Notes under the pieces: generated by a model | Databases searched by the model: none | Seen by the model: the letters and a program-made list of their open reading frames with translations, nothing else | What the model was told of the DNA's origin: nothing | Translations under genes and position numbers: made by a program | In this document: piece by piece, positions 9,770-22,800 of the stretch | Layout: each line of letters starts with the position of its first letter | Position numbering within the stretch: position 1 is the stretch's first letter | Assembly: GCA_951406725.2 (NCBI GenBank) | Contig: OX597816.1 | Location: 128,216,001-128,280,000 of the forward strand | DNA length: 64,000 nt | Origin: Octopus vulgaris | Taxonomy: Eukaryota | Direction of reading: 5' to 3'

Positions 9770-10254
9770 AAAGGAGGTTAATACGATTTTGCCCAGAAAT
9801 CACGTTTTACAAAATTTTAGTCCCCCCCCCCCCATCCCCACTTTCTTCATTTATAACTTTTTTATGATTTTTTTATCCACGTAGAAAAATACAGAGATTA
9901 CGAATCTGAGAAATATATATTTTTTTAAAGTTTAATTTTTCTTAAAGAAACACTCAATGCCCCTTCCCCCACCCACCACCTACTTGCTTTCAAAAAGCTA
10001 AAAACACTCATTATATCACATTTCCCTGAACCTAACACTTTTGCTTCCCTCTCACTTTATCATGTAATAGCCCAACTCCCATACTCAGTCCATTATTGAT
10101 TTTTATTGAAATCCAATTAACCTATAATTGAACTGGATGTTAGTTCAACATGTATACAAAGTTTGGTGAAGATTGCTTCCCTGGTTTGGGCAGCAAGATA
10201 GTAACAGACAGGCAGACAAACTGACAGACAGAAATTGCCATTTATATATAAGAT
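9770..10254 (-). mobile_element. Possible non-autonomous Helitron/HINE-like element
   Basis: The minus strand begins ATCTTATATATAAATGGCAATTT followed by (CTGT)n and an ACCAAACTTTG motif, as in DINE-1/HINE-like elements. The far boundary is uncertain. Confidence 0.4.
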
Positions 10255-10284
10255 ACACACACACGTATTTATATACATATATGA

Positions 10285-10442
10285 CTGACTTCTTTTAGTT
10301 TCCATCAACCAAATCCACTCAGAAGGCCTTTGTTGATCCAGGACAATAGAAGAAGACACTCACCCAAGGTGCCATACAATGGCACAGAACCCCAAAACCA
10401 TATGGTTGGGAAGCAAACTTCTTACTGCACTATCACACCTGC
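10285..10442 (-). mobile_element. SINE family A copy
   Basis: CCAAATCCACTC...GAAGACACT...CCAAGGTGCCA...TGGTTGGGAAGCAAACTTCTTAC. Confidence 0.75.
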
Positions 10443-10723
10443 ATCACTGTCAGAAAATTTTTAAATTAGTGCCTTGCTCATTGGAAATCAGTAACCAGCA
10501 GAGTAGTGTTCACTAATTACAATATAAAATAAAGAATAAATAAGTTAGAACTAGATAGATTTGGCCATTGGGACTTAAATGTCCTTTCAATAGACATAAT
10601 GCAACATTAGTAAATAGATATCAAGTGCTTTTCGCCCTTTCAAATATAATTAATTAATTTTTGTTTCCTTTTACCTTTTCATGGCTATATTTCTAATAAA
10701 ATATTCTGCCCATGTGTTTCAAT

Positions 10724-10812
10724 TAATTTTGAACAATTTATAAGTATTTATTTAATTTTGAAAAATTTATAAGTATTTATTTAATTTTGAAAAATTTATA
10801 AGTATTTATTTA
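10724..10812. repeat. Three tandem copies of a ~29-30 bp AT-rich unit
   Basis: (T)TAATTTTGAA(C/A)AATTTATAAGTATTTATT repeated three times. Confidence 0.85.
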
Positions 10813-10904
10813 AACAACTACTTCATTATTATGCTAGAGTTTTGAATAAAAGATTTTACATAGAATTTTGATAAATACCTTAAATTTACATATAAACTCA
10901 TTAA

Positions 10905-11124
10905 CCCTGTTTTTACCATATTTCTGTTGAAATACACTGCCTTTGTTTCATTTGATTTGGAAACATGAAGACTTTGGTAAAATAACTTTGTTATTAATTA
11001 AGCTGGCATTTGGAACACAAACTGACATAAAAATTTTATGGAAGGTTTTAATTTGTATCACTTTAAAACAGGAAGCTTGGATCATGGAACCAGAGGAGTC
11101 TCAGGCAGGCTGGTATCAAAAGGG
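10905..11124. mobile_element. piggyBac-like MITE, older copy
   Basis: TTAA|CCCTGTTTTTACC...GGTATCAAAAGGG|TGAA. Homologous along its length to 44691-44910. Confidence 0.7.
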
Positions 11125-11923
11125 TGAAAATAATCTGAGATAAACCACACGTAGATTGTTATCAAAGGACTAAACAGAATTTACAGTATTCAGCTTCTTA
11201 AATCCATTTTCTTTTATGTAATTCGTACAGAAACAGGGTTTTGTTTCTATGAAGACTTTCTTAACAGTGAAACTGTATTTCTCTAATTTGATTTATCATT
11301 TCAAATCTTGTCTAAGTTGAAACTTTTGTTTGTTGCACTTTGTTGAATGGCCTTATTTCTACTCATGCATTGTTTCAATAATCTGTCCCTAACAGGTTAA
11401 TATGCTAAAGTGAATAACAGAATCGAAACAAAGTTAGAGTCTTAAATCAATGTTACTGTAAATTTTATCAAAGATGTGAGTACCTTCAAGCAACTGGAAA
11501 TGTTAAACAAGCATTCAGTACTATGCAAAGGTTTTCAGTGTACTACATTCTTGTCTTCAACAATTCTCATCGACTAGAATAAATAAATGAATAATAATGT
11601 CTTAACACTTGATAACTTGTTATTGAGATATTAACTTCTCTGCTGCAATAATTCACTTCATTTAACAGTCATTGTATATGCAATAGAATTTGTACCATTT
11701 AATTTAACACTGTAATAATCTTTAACTACTTTATCATAGTCAGTTGAACTGTCCAATATCACAATTGCACTGTTACTTTCTTATCTCAAAGAATCAAAAG
11801 GACTAGATCAGCTATTTTTCTAGAAGTTTTCTGTAAGCTGTTGAATAAATCCTGAAAAGAAGCTGGTGTACAGATATCCTGTCATTTTGTATGTAAATAT
11901 GTACGTTTCCACATTAAAAGCAT

Positions 11924-11988
<65 letters not shown>

Positions 11989-12169
11989 CGATTGTGTATA
12001 AAGGGATATATATTATTCAAAGAAATTCCAACTCTTGTTTTTTATATTTTATTTATATTCTTTATAATATTAATGTAGAATATAGAATATATAGTATAAA
12101 TAATATATATATAGTAAAATGAAATGATGTATTGATTGAATAGATGAAATATTGAATATAAAATATTAA

Positions 12170-12213
12170 GGGACTAGTATACTTTCTTGCATTAAAGCAG
12201 TCTTCAAGGTCCC
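12170..12213 (-). ncRNA. Minimal type I hammerhead-like motif with variant core
   Basis: Minus strand reads GGGAC-CTTGAAGA-CTGC tttaat GCAA-GAAA-GTATAC-TA-GTCCC, with a 5-bp stem I and palindromic stem III AGTATACT. Confidence 0.65.
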
Positions 12214-13190
12214 AGGTTGTGACAGGAGTGTTTCAACTGTATATATATATACATACATACATGAAAATGGGAAATTGTGGCATTCATATATCGCCCAACA
12301 TACGAGAAGTTGATATTCCAATTGAAAATTTAGAACTAATGAATTTAGATTACTCTATATGATGACAGAAATATTATCAATAATAACAAGAATTTTATTG
12401 TAAGCTTTATTTTAGATATTGATTAACAGAACAAGGAGAAATGGAATCCAGATATTGCTAAAAGAAATGGAAAAACCAAAATCAGTAAATATACCAAGAT
12501 ATTCTTTGTTTAAGGTAACAAATACACAATTCCTAGATTATATGCATAATGGATTTTTGCTATTTTTACATATAGTATGGAAAGTGATCCATCTCTCCAC
12601 CATTTACCCTCTTCTATGCACACACAGTACATTTATACTGATTCATAACTCAGAGAGCTAAATGTAATATGTGTGTGTGTATACAATAATGTTAAATATA
12701 AGAAATATTCAATATAAACTCTTATAAACAGATGCTTGCAAACAATTGAGACATGAAACACTGATATGTTCATAAATACAAGCACACATTTATAAGCGAT
12801 ATACATGAGTGTATGAATGTAATGACAGACCACATTCATGGACACAAACTCAATGCATACATATATGAATAATTAGTTAGTTACATGCATACAGATGGAA
12901 AGACAGGCAGACAGTTATAAATCCACATGCATATACATACTTACATATGTACATATATACTTATGTATGCATATATGTATGTATATATGTATGTACATCT
13001 GTATGTACATATATACTTACATATGTACATACATATATACATATATATATATACATATATATGTATGCATATATGTATATATCTGTACAGGAACAGATAT
13101 ATACAAATACCTAAAAATAAGATTTTTTATCATATCATAGTCTAGTTAAATAAGTTAAAGAAGACTATACACTCACTTATACATACACCA

Positions 13191-13238
<48 letters not shown>

Positions 13239-13799
13239 CATACATAACATACACACACATACATATGCACATCAAGACCAAGATTAATTTTATCTGAATC
13301 TCAACTCCCACTTCACTCAGTGCAGAAATATTTATAAGGAAAACATCAACAAATAAGTTTTAAATTTCTAATACTATCACAGTGCTATGGAAAAAAAAAA
13401 TTAATTTACAATGTCTCAACTGAAGCCTAGTAAAACTAAAAGAAATTTGCTCTGCTTATATTTGTTGAAGCAAAATTGAGCCAGAAGAAAAAAAAAAAAA
13501 GAAAGAGTTGGAATTGGGCAGCTAGAAATATATGAGAATAGAAGTGAAATCTATTTTAAAAATTTACATTGATTTTTCAATGTTACTGACCAATGAATGA
13601 AATGTAAGTAATATATCCCATAAACCAATGGAAACTTGAGAGGAAACAAAAAGCAGTACATTTAATATGAAATAATATTTTACAATAATTAGGTGATAAT
13701 GTTGTTTTCAGAAAACTGATTAATTTAAGTTAATTGGATTTTAAAATTTATGAATATTTTTAACATACTAATTATTGGTTCGATAGATAGGGGTGTTGC

Positions 13800-13839
<40 letters not shown>

Positions 13840-14397
13840 ATGTATGTATACATATATATATATGTGTATGTATGTATAGATATATATATATTTGTATGTA
13901 TGTATACATATATATATTTGTATGTATGTATAACCTTTCCCATTGATCAATCTATTATTAGTAAAATAACAGCCAGCAGTAATAGAATGACTCATAGAAA
14001 GTAACTAGTTTTATGCAGTTATGGTAGCTTTAAGAGTTTAGGTCAGTAAAACATTTATCAGCAATAACAAGATTCAAAGAGACCAAGATCCTGTGTAAGT
14101 CATTGGTAAAGGAGGACTGAGAAACCAAGACCTGACTTGAATTTTAATTGGATTCAAGTCAGAAAAATGTGTACGCATGTTAAACCTTTAGTTTCTCATC
14201 CAGAAGCACTTGAAAATCTTCAGCTAATATATTTAATAACACAATGCAATGCTTCTGTACATGATTCCCAGTTGATATCACTGTTGCTATCAATTCACTT
14301 GGTTACTTGGGAAAATAATATAGTCAATTGTCTTAGCAGAAATTATTTTGCCAGGAATAATCAATCTATTTATCTGTCTGTCTGTCTGTCTATCTAT

Positions 14398-14643
14398 ATC
14401 ATCATCAGCATCGTTTAATGTCCATTGTTCAATGCTGGCATAGGTTGGATAGTGTGACCAGAGCTGGCAAGTTGGCAGGATGCACCAGGCTCCAGTCTGA
14501 TTTGGCATGGTTTCTATGGCTGGATGCCCTTCCTAATGCCAACCACTTTACAGAGTGTGCAGGGTGCTTTTCCATGATGCCTCATGAGTACTTCTATGTG
14601 ATGCCACATGGATATACATACATTTATATATATGCATATATAT

Positions 14644-14702
<59 letters not shown>

Positions 14703-14862
14703 GACATATGCACTCATGGAGTGGTTGGCGTTAAGAAGGGCATCCAGCTATAGAAACACTGCCAGATCAGACTGGAGCCTGGTGCAGCCTCCTGGCTTCC
14801 CAGACCCTGGTCAAACCATCCAACCCGTGCTAGCACGGAAAATGGATGTTAAACAATGATGA
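14398..14862. mobile_element. Two oppositely oriented copies of a SINE with a (GAT)n-ending RTE-like tail (family B), around a (TA)n tract
   Basis: 14398-14575 (minus) and about 14717-14862 (plus) share TGGTTGGCGTTA.GAAGGGCATCCAGC...GGA.GTTAAAC.ATGATG. Confidence 0.75.
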
Positions 14863-14872
14863 CACATACATA

Positions 14873-14914
<42 letters not shown>

Positions 14915-14963
14915 ATATATATATACACATACACACAGACATACATACACTCACACACACATG

Positions 14964-14994
<31 letters not shown>

Positions 14995-15016
14995 CATACA
15001 TACACACACACACACA

Positions 15017-15052
<36 letters not shown>

Positions 15053-15054
<2 letters not shown>

Positions 15055-15245
15055 TCATCATCATTTAATGTGCATTTTCCATGCTGGCATGTGCTCTGCG
15101 GCTTGACAAGAACTAGCAAAACCACTGGCTGTACCAAGGTCCATAGTTCATTTTGGTTTGGTTTCCACAGCTGGATGCCCTTCATAATGCTAACCATTTT
15201 ACAGAGTGTACTGGGTGCTTTTTACATGGCACAAGCACCAGCACC
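15053..15245 (-). mobile_element. SINE family B copy
   Basis: CATCATCATTTAATG...CATGCTGGCATG...CTGGATGCCCTTC. Confidence 0.7.
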
Positions 15246-16869
15246 AATGTTTTTTATGAGGTAGCTTGGTTTTAGGATAATAATTCTGATGCAGTGGGCA
15301 GGTTTTCTTGAATTCAGTAATGCACCATACATAGTCACCTGAGCTATTTAATATGGTATTGAAATACTCCATCCACAACAAAATTCCTACAGTTTTTTTC
15401 AAGAGAAGCATATATTTAAGCCTCAATCCAAGAACCTAAACTAACCATTATTCCCATTCCTCCATCTCTATAATGTAGTGGAAGTCTCTTCTCACCCATA
15501 CTTTTGTTGCCCAAGTCAACTTGCAAATGTTCAAGCTAAGCACAAACCATGTCCATCATCTCATTCTTAAAGGGCCTACAAAGATCAATAATCAAATATC
15601 CACTTCCTGCTGACTTAGCCATAACAATGGACAAAGTAGGTTCCACTCTTTCTTCACTATCAGCTGGTTAATGAAAACAGAAGTAACTAGCTTCAACAAC
15701 ATACAAAAGCCCCAAATTTACAAAACCATTGTATTCTGTTACATAAAAATACATGTAGACATATTTTTTAAATATATATGTATTTTAAAAAAAAACACAT
15801 ATCATATGATAAATAACTCATTTGTGTCAAATTGCAGCTTTCATTTTTGTGTTTAAGATCTTAATACTTTATACACCTTCATTCATACTCTTCTTATTTC
15901 ACACCCAATGTTAAATGTCTTCCAAATTATTTCAACAAATAAAATCTCAGATTTTACCAATGCAAAAAAAAAAAAAAAAAAAAATCAAGTTATAAATTTA
16001 ATGAAGAACCATTTCTCAGTTCTCTTTTTATTGGAGTTGACAAGGTTTTAAACAATTTAATATTAATCTAAATATTCATTTATCATTTAAAGTTGATTCT
16101 CTGCAAGTAAAAAATAGTTCAACTAATTTCACTTTCACTACCATAGCTTCAGTTGTCTTTACCTACCTACCTACCTGCCTGCCTGCCTGTCCATCCGTCC
16201 GTCCGTCCACCCACCCATCCATCCATCCATCTATCTATACACACACACAGATATATGTGCACACACAGGCATATATTTGTTTATGTACGTATGTATATGC
16301 ACATACATCTGTATTTGTACAAATGTTTGAGTGTGTGTGTGTGTGTGTGTGTGTGTGCACATGCACATATGTGTGTCTGTGTATCCTATTACCCTTAGTA
16401 TTATGCATAATATATATACATATTTTTTATCATGGATTCCAAGACTCAGTGCTTCCAGCCTTCCTACTTCCCTCTTCTAATCACAAACTGACAGAACTAC
16501 AAAATAAATTTTTAATATTGTAAAAATGCAGAATATAATGTAACTGATGATAATCTGTGTTGAAAATGATAAGTTTATAGAAGCCTTCATAGAAAGTTCA
16601 GGCGCATTAATTGCTACAAAGAGTTACAAAGAGCCTAATATTTCAAACCTCTACTTTCCATTTGAAACAGGAAACAAAGCACAAAGTATTAGATCTTCTG
16701 ACCGAGACCTTTGGCAGCATGCTGTGCTTGAGAAGACCCATCAAGCCAAGTGAAATTGTCATCACTGATGTTGGTATCACGTAACTGGCACCCATGCCAG
16801 TGGCACGTAAAGAGCGCTATTGGAGCATTGAGCCTCACAGAGACAAAGCGACTGGTTTACAATCCTAGT

Positions 16870-18310
16870 AACTAGGCCATAGCCCACACCACCTAGATAT
16901 TTTAAGCATCTCAGCAGTGATTTCTGATGGGCCAGAGGCTTTTCTTGGCTTCATATCCTTAATTGCTTTATTTACCAGGGTGCTGTCTATTCGAATAGCT
17001 GGTCTCTCTACTGGATCAACATTTGGCAGGCTCTCCTCCTCCCATTCATTTTCCACTTTCAGCAGTCTTTCATAATGGCTTCTCCAAGCCTCTTTTTTTT
17101 TTCCAAATCATTAAAAGTAAGTGCACCATCATCCATGCGATCACATTTCTCTCCTGTGACATCACAATTTTCTCTCACACACTGTCTTGCAATCCAGAAT
17201 ACTTTGGTTCTTTGGTTCTCGCGTCACTGGACATTGGTAAACTTTCCTGCTTTGCCCAGCCTCCCTTTTGGCTATCTGGTACGGTTCCGTGCTGCCCCAC
17301 CCTTCCAGGCTTTCTTGGCCTGTTTCTTTGCTCTGATTGTTTTGTCTCCCATATTATTCCACCACCACGTTACTCTAGGTCTGGAAGGGACTTTGCACCA
17401 TCCACAGACTTGGTTTGTGGCACTCAGTAAGCTGTCCCATAAGAATTTCCAGCTATCTTCTATGTCTGAGGTCTGTAGCTCCTCATCCCTCTCATCAGAT
17501 TTCTTGATGAGGATGTCCCTAAATCTCTGACCATGTGAAGGGTTCTTTAGCTTCTAAATCCTTCTCTTCTGGATTGGTCTGCTTCTTGGCATCCTTCTGG
17601 TCTTGAGTCAAAAGTCACTAATGACTAGTCTATGCTAGGGGGTGCATTCTTTACCTGGGAGGGTCTTTGTATTTTAGAGCAACCCTATGTCCCACTGTCT
17701 GGTGAGGATGAAATCAATCTGGCTAGCAGAGTCACCTGATTGATAGATTATCAGGTGGCTGTCTGGCTCCCTGAACTTAGTGTTGCAGATTAAAAGGTTA
17801 CATGCATCACAGAACTCCAGTAGCCTAGTTCCCTCATCGTTCCGGGAACCAATACCATGGCTTCTATGTACACCAGTGAAGATACTGGATTTCCATCCAA
17901 CAAGCCCATTAAAATGTCCAGTTGCAAAGATGAGGCTATTGCCACTCGTCTTTGAGGTAGCCTGTAGAAGGGTATCATAAAAATGGTCCTTCTAATTATT
18001 TGGTAACCCTGCTTGTGGGGCGTAGGCAGAGATAATTGTGCTGTGCTGTTCTGCATACCCTGACAACCTCTATGACCTTATCCACCCATTTCTCCACAAA
18101 GAGTATGCCTATTCTCCCTACTCCATTCATGTTACCTTGTCAGAATACTTTATACCTATGTGCCTTGCCAGTGGGGACCCTAGCTGAAGCTCCCCTCCAT
18201 CTTACCTCTTGTATGCAGCATACATCAACCCGTCTCCTTTCAAGCATCTCTACAATCTCACTAGACCTGCCTCTCAGTGTGCCTACATTGACAGTGCCAA
18301 CTCTGGAAAC
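16870..18310 (-). mobile_element. Decayed RTE-clade LINE fragment (endonuclease and linker, up to the start of RT)
   Basis: Translations RVGTVNVGTLRGRSSEIVEMLERRRVDVCCIQEVRWRG and VNKAIKDMKPRKASGPSEITAEMLK, with multiple stops and frameshifts. Confidence 0.88.
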
Positions 18311-18740
18311 TGGGGAAGGAATGTGAGGTGAGGCATGGGGAGGAGAGATGTTATTCAGCACCTGAAAAGAAGAGGGAGGTTGTATTCATTTTTTAGGCAT
18401 GCTTTACCTGTTTTCACTCCCAACCTGACATCATTCAAACAGTCAAGCATGTTAAGATTGTTGCCACTACTGGAGGTAGGAGCAGGTGTTAGCGGCATTG
18501 TAAGCATATGCATTATGGTCATCGAATAATGTAAATTTAAGCAGTGTAGCAAAATATAGATATTACCTGCACAGGTGCAATGGGTGCTACATGTCAGATG
18601 TCAAAATGATTGCAGAGCAACATGAAATGAAATATTTATATAAATATTTATGTATGTACATATATATAATAGAGGATAAAACTTTTTTTTTTAATTTCAA
18701 CAGTGGCCAGCATATAAAATGAAACCAATTAAAGTGAAAA

Positions 18741-19205
18741 TTATATGAATAATTATACTAAAGACTTAGAAATAAATTTTGTAGCCTATAGCAAATTTCT
18801 GGGTCTGCCCAAAGGCTCTCCCATCTTCAGCAGAAACATACTTTAGAAATAAATGAAATATTTATATATACTTCCTGTGAGTATATATAAATATTTCATT
18901 TATTTCTATAGTATGTTTCTGTTGAAGATGGCAGAGCCTTTGGGCAGACCCAGAAATTAGCTATAGGCTACAAAATTTATTTCTAAGTCTTTATTATAAT
19001 TATTCATATAAGACGAGAGAGCCTTTGGGCAAACCCAGAAATTAGCTAATATAGAACTATCTATCTTATAAAAAATTTCTATTGGCTTGTTGCTTCGAAT
19101 TCAACACATGTGTTTGTGACTTCTTTGAATGGTGAGATGATTTAGCATCTATTTCTCAGCATATAGGCTAGAAAATTTATTTCTAAGCCCTTATTATAAT
19201 TATAT
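18741..19205. mobile_element. Fold-back (arms ~130 bp, 18741-19011) plus a third direct partial copy; hammerhead-bearing, Penelope-like arrangement
   Basis: 18741-18872 is the reverse complement of about 18880-19011. The segments 19012-19050 and 19163-19205 repeat the right arm. The arms contain CTGAAGA-TGGG...CCCA-GAAA. Confidence 0.8.
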
Positions 19206-19418
19206 GTATATTGCAGGCTGACACGCAGTTTCTGTCAACCAAATTCATTCCTTAGGTATTGGTTAGCCCAGGGCTATAGTAAAAACACTTACCCTAAGGT
19301 GCTGCACAGTGGGATTGAACCTGAAACCACAAGATTGCAAAGCAAGCTTCTGAACTGCACACTCTACATATGAACATTTAATAAATATACATTTTCTCCC
19401 ACTGTGTAAATAAACCTT

Positions 19419-19551
19419 GTGGTTAAAATACAGAGCTCTCTCTGCAGCAGAAACCTAAGAACAGCATGGTTAGTTTTGACTGTATACACTTTTATGAAGA
19501 GAATCTATTTCTGTCCATTACGCAGAGAGAGTACAGTGGTTTAACCACAGA
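19419..19551. repeat. Imperfect short fold-back
   Basis: TGTGGTTAAA..CTCTCTCTGC..CAGAAA pairs with TTTCTG..GCAGAGAGAG..TTTAACCACA. Confidence 0.6.
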
Positions 19552-19667
19552 TTCTATTTACATTGTGGAGCTGAATGCTTGTTTATCAAATGTACATAAG
19601 CAAATTTATTCATGATTTATCCATATACATACTGTTTCACATTGCATGTATGTGTGCATGTGTATCT

Positions 19668-19709
<42 letters not shown>

Positions 19710-19756
19710 GTGTGTGTGCATATTCACACATGCATATACAAATATATACATATTTG

Positions 19757-19911
19757 CAGGCATAGCTGTGTGGTAAGAAGTTTGTTTCCCAACCACATGA
19801 TTCCAGGTTCAGTCTCACTGCATGGCGCTTTCAAAAAGTGTCTTCTACTATAGCCTTGGGCCAACCAAAACATTGTGAAATGGATTTGGTGGATGGAAAC
19901 TGAAAGAAGCA

Positions 19912-19912
<1 letters not shown>
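19757..19912 (+). mobile_element. SINE family A copy
   Basis: GGCATAGCTGTGTGGTAAGAAG...GGTTCAGTCTCACTG...GGAAACTGAAAGAAGC. Confidence 0.8.
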
Positions 19913-19959
<47 letters not shown>

Positions 19960-20429
19960 AATAATAATAATAATAAGCTATGGATGGAATTTATAAATAT
20001 TTTAATGCATTGCTACATGTGTTTCCGCAAACCATATATTCATAGAATATTTATAAATTCCTTCCCTGGATTATTTTTATTACTATATTAACCTTACATA
20101 ATCTCAGCACAACTAGGTACAGCCCCACCAAAACTGCTATTGCCAGTTGGTATCATTATTCTGTAGGCAGCATAATAAAGTGGGAGCTTTTATATGCATA
20201 TTTAAAAATGTTCCTGTAAATGAACTTAAAGGATATATAAGAGGGGGTACTCAAAATAAAACCAGGATTTTGCATTATTATTTTATTCACATAGCTTTAT
20301 ATGTTTACACTTTTATCACCTTCAAAGTATTTTCCATTTCAAGCAATGCATTGGTCCAGACTTGTTTTCCATTGTTCAAAGCAGTCCTGGAACGTATTCA
20401 TAAGACGTTCAGGAAAGGAAAGAAAGGGT

Positions 20430-20464
20430 GTTTTACATTTCAAGCAAAGCTCTTCATCAGAAAC
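20430..20464 (-). ncRNA. Minimal type I hammerhead-like motif
   Basis: Minus strand reads GTTT-CTGATGA-A-GAGC ttt GCTT-GAAA-TG-TA-AAAC. The TG is consistent with CpG decay of an ACGT palindrome. Confidence 0.65.
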
Positions 20465-20556
20465 AGGAGGCAGAAGAAAGTCCAAGAAAAAAGGAAAACA
20501 TAGGAAAAGATTCGCCAACAGTCCACATGTAATTATATATATATATGGAAAGATAT

Positions 20557-20590
<34 letters not shown>

Positions 20591-21911
20591 GAGAGAGCTG
20601 AAGTCCACAGTTTACAGTTACCTATTTCCACTCTCAAAGTATTGGTGAAACTCAGGCTGTGAGAGGAGATACTTGACCAAATTGCTAAGCAGGGAATGAA
20701 ACTTAGAACCATATAGTTGTGAAGTGAACATCTTAATTACACAACCTTGTCTACAGCATATGTGCATTTAATGGATTATTTTTAATCAGTTATCTCTTAA
20801 GTTTATATAACTCCATAAATTTAAGAAATAGTCTTGGATATAGCTGTAATGACACAGAGTACCATTCTTTCTAAAACTAGAACTAATGAGAAAACGGTCA
20901 GGGCAGAAAATACTATGTTAACCTATTATTGTGGATCCATAAATGGGTCCCAATCAAATAGACTTATGATCATAGATAGTTTTAACCCATGCCATCCTTT
21001 TTCCTTTTCATTTTTCAAGCACAACACATTTCATACTATATTGCCAATTAAGTCAATCTATTTTTAAATAGTGTGGTATTTTTAACTGATTAAATTTCTA
21101 CAATGGGAGGCTCTCATTAACTAAATGTTGTCAGTGTTCCTGTTGTATCTATACACATCGTAGTTTTGAGCAACTCAGTAGATATTTTATACTGACCAAA
21201 CTCACTATCATACATTTCTTTAAATTTCCTGTGTCTCTATATAATTTCATAGTTTCTTGTAATGAGAGATTAATCCAGGCTATTAAATCTTCACTTTCTT
21301 CGGAAGCAAATAGATCCAAATTTAGAAGTCACATTGAGCATTGATTTTGTAAGTTTTACTCCAAGTGTTTTCATCATAAACTCATTCTTACCTGCAAGAA
21401 TGATTTCAAAATTATTTATCCATATAAATTAGAATTCTAGTGAGAGATAATGTAGTGGATATCTTCAATAAAAACTATGCATTATCTAAACAAAAGTAAT
21501 TATACTCAAAAAGTCAATTATTCCTACATTTCCAAGAATGAAGCAACCATAATTAGATAACTTTATAATTGGAAGGAGGTAGTAATTATATCAACTAACA
21601 AAAGCAATGTCACAGTTGTTTGGCTAAGACTTTTATGAGCAGGATTACTACTTACTAATATTAATTTCTATAATCCTATCAATCCTAAATAATACATAAT
21701 CTCATTTATACCCAAGAACTTCTACCTTCTGCAACTGATTTAATAAAATATGCACAAAGTAATCTAAAGAATTGGAAATATACTTTGGGGAATCTCCATA
21801 CTTAGACATTCACACATTTAAGCTGGCTACAACAACTCTTGAAACATAAGTTTTTTGTGTAGCAAACTTAATAAGTATAGCCACAGAGTCTTATCACTCT
21901 TCCAAAACTTA

Positions 21912-22800
21912 CAAAGGTGGGCTGAAAGGTTCCACAAAGCTGAAGGAGTGATGCTAGAGCTGTGAAAGCTTGCATGCATTAATTTCAAATCTTCTTATTA
22001 ATAAATGCATTGTTTCTTTCCAGGCAAACTTGCATCTGACTGTCCGAAGAACATTTCAGAAGTAACTAGAGGGACTCCTCTTGAAAATGGACAAAATTCT
22101 TGGTTGGGTGTCTCTATGATCAAGTGCTATAAGTCTTAAATTAAATACGTAAATAAAAGAAGACAATGTAGACAAGTGACTTTCCTATATGTAAAAGCAA
22201 AGAAATCTTACAAGCTACTATATATGACATGATATACCTTATATTACCTAGTAGTCCAAGGATTATGTAAATTACAGTCTATATGTTATATCATCAATGG
22301 ACATTTTGTTTGTAAAGTCAATGTAAACAAACATCCATACAAAAGCCCATTTGTTTGATATACTTCCTCATGGATACTCAGCATGTTTATTCCCAACTTC
22401 ACACTTAAACGTCCTTAATTTTACTGATCCAGTAATTAAATGTTTAGAAAGAAGTTTTCTAATCAATGTTACAACTAATCAATAAACACTTTGCCACCAG
22501 CCAGGTTCAAAATTTCCCCAAGACACCTGATGAAGGCTGGAGGGTATATCAGCCGAAACGTTGTGTAAACAACAAACAAGATGAGGACAAATATCTGTCA
22601 AATGTAAATAATATATCTATTGTTGATGACTTTTTTAACCACAAGATGAAAGCTTCTTCATCAATGGGATCCAAGAACTGCAACTTGGATAGAAAGAAGT
22701 ATGTGGATTGCAAGGAGGAGTATGTTGTAAAATAAACCACATTTAGTCTCATTCCATGAGAATATTTTGGTCAGCCTATGAATTTTTCAGCTGACCCTCA
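21912..22800 (+). mobile_element. Deleted Tc1/mariner element, interrupted by another insertion
   Basis: TA|CAAAGGTGGGCTGAAAGGTTC ... GAATTTTTCAGCTGACCCTCA|TA form imperfect TIRs with TA flanks. 22655-22735 encodes a mariner-like C-terminus (FFINGIQEL.../KKYVDCKEEYVVK*). Confidence 0.7.
22523..22566 (+). ncRNA. Minimal type I hammerhead motif in a repeat also found at 43445-43796 and 50420-50570
   Basis: ACAC-CTGATGA-A-GGCTG gagggtatat CAGCC-GAAA-CG-TT-GTGT, with palindrome AACGTT. Confidence 0.72.

Noticed and set aside
10724-10812. CRISPR-like array
   Set aside because: Contiguous tandem repeat without spacers, in eukaryotic DNA.
11820-16523. Many ORFs rich in YI, CV or HT dipeptides, also near 24.6, 30.6 and 55.4-56.1 kb
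   Set aside because: They are translations of (TA)n, (TG)n and (CA)n microsatellites, which lack stop codons.
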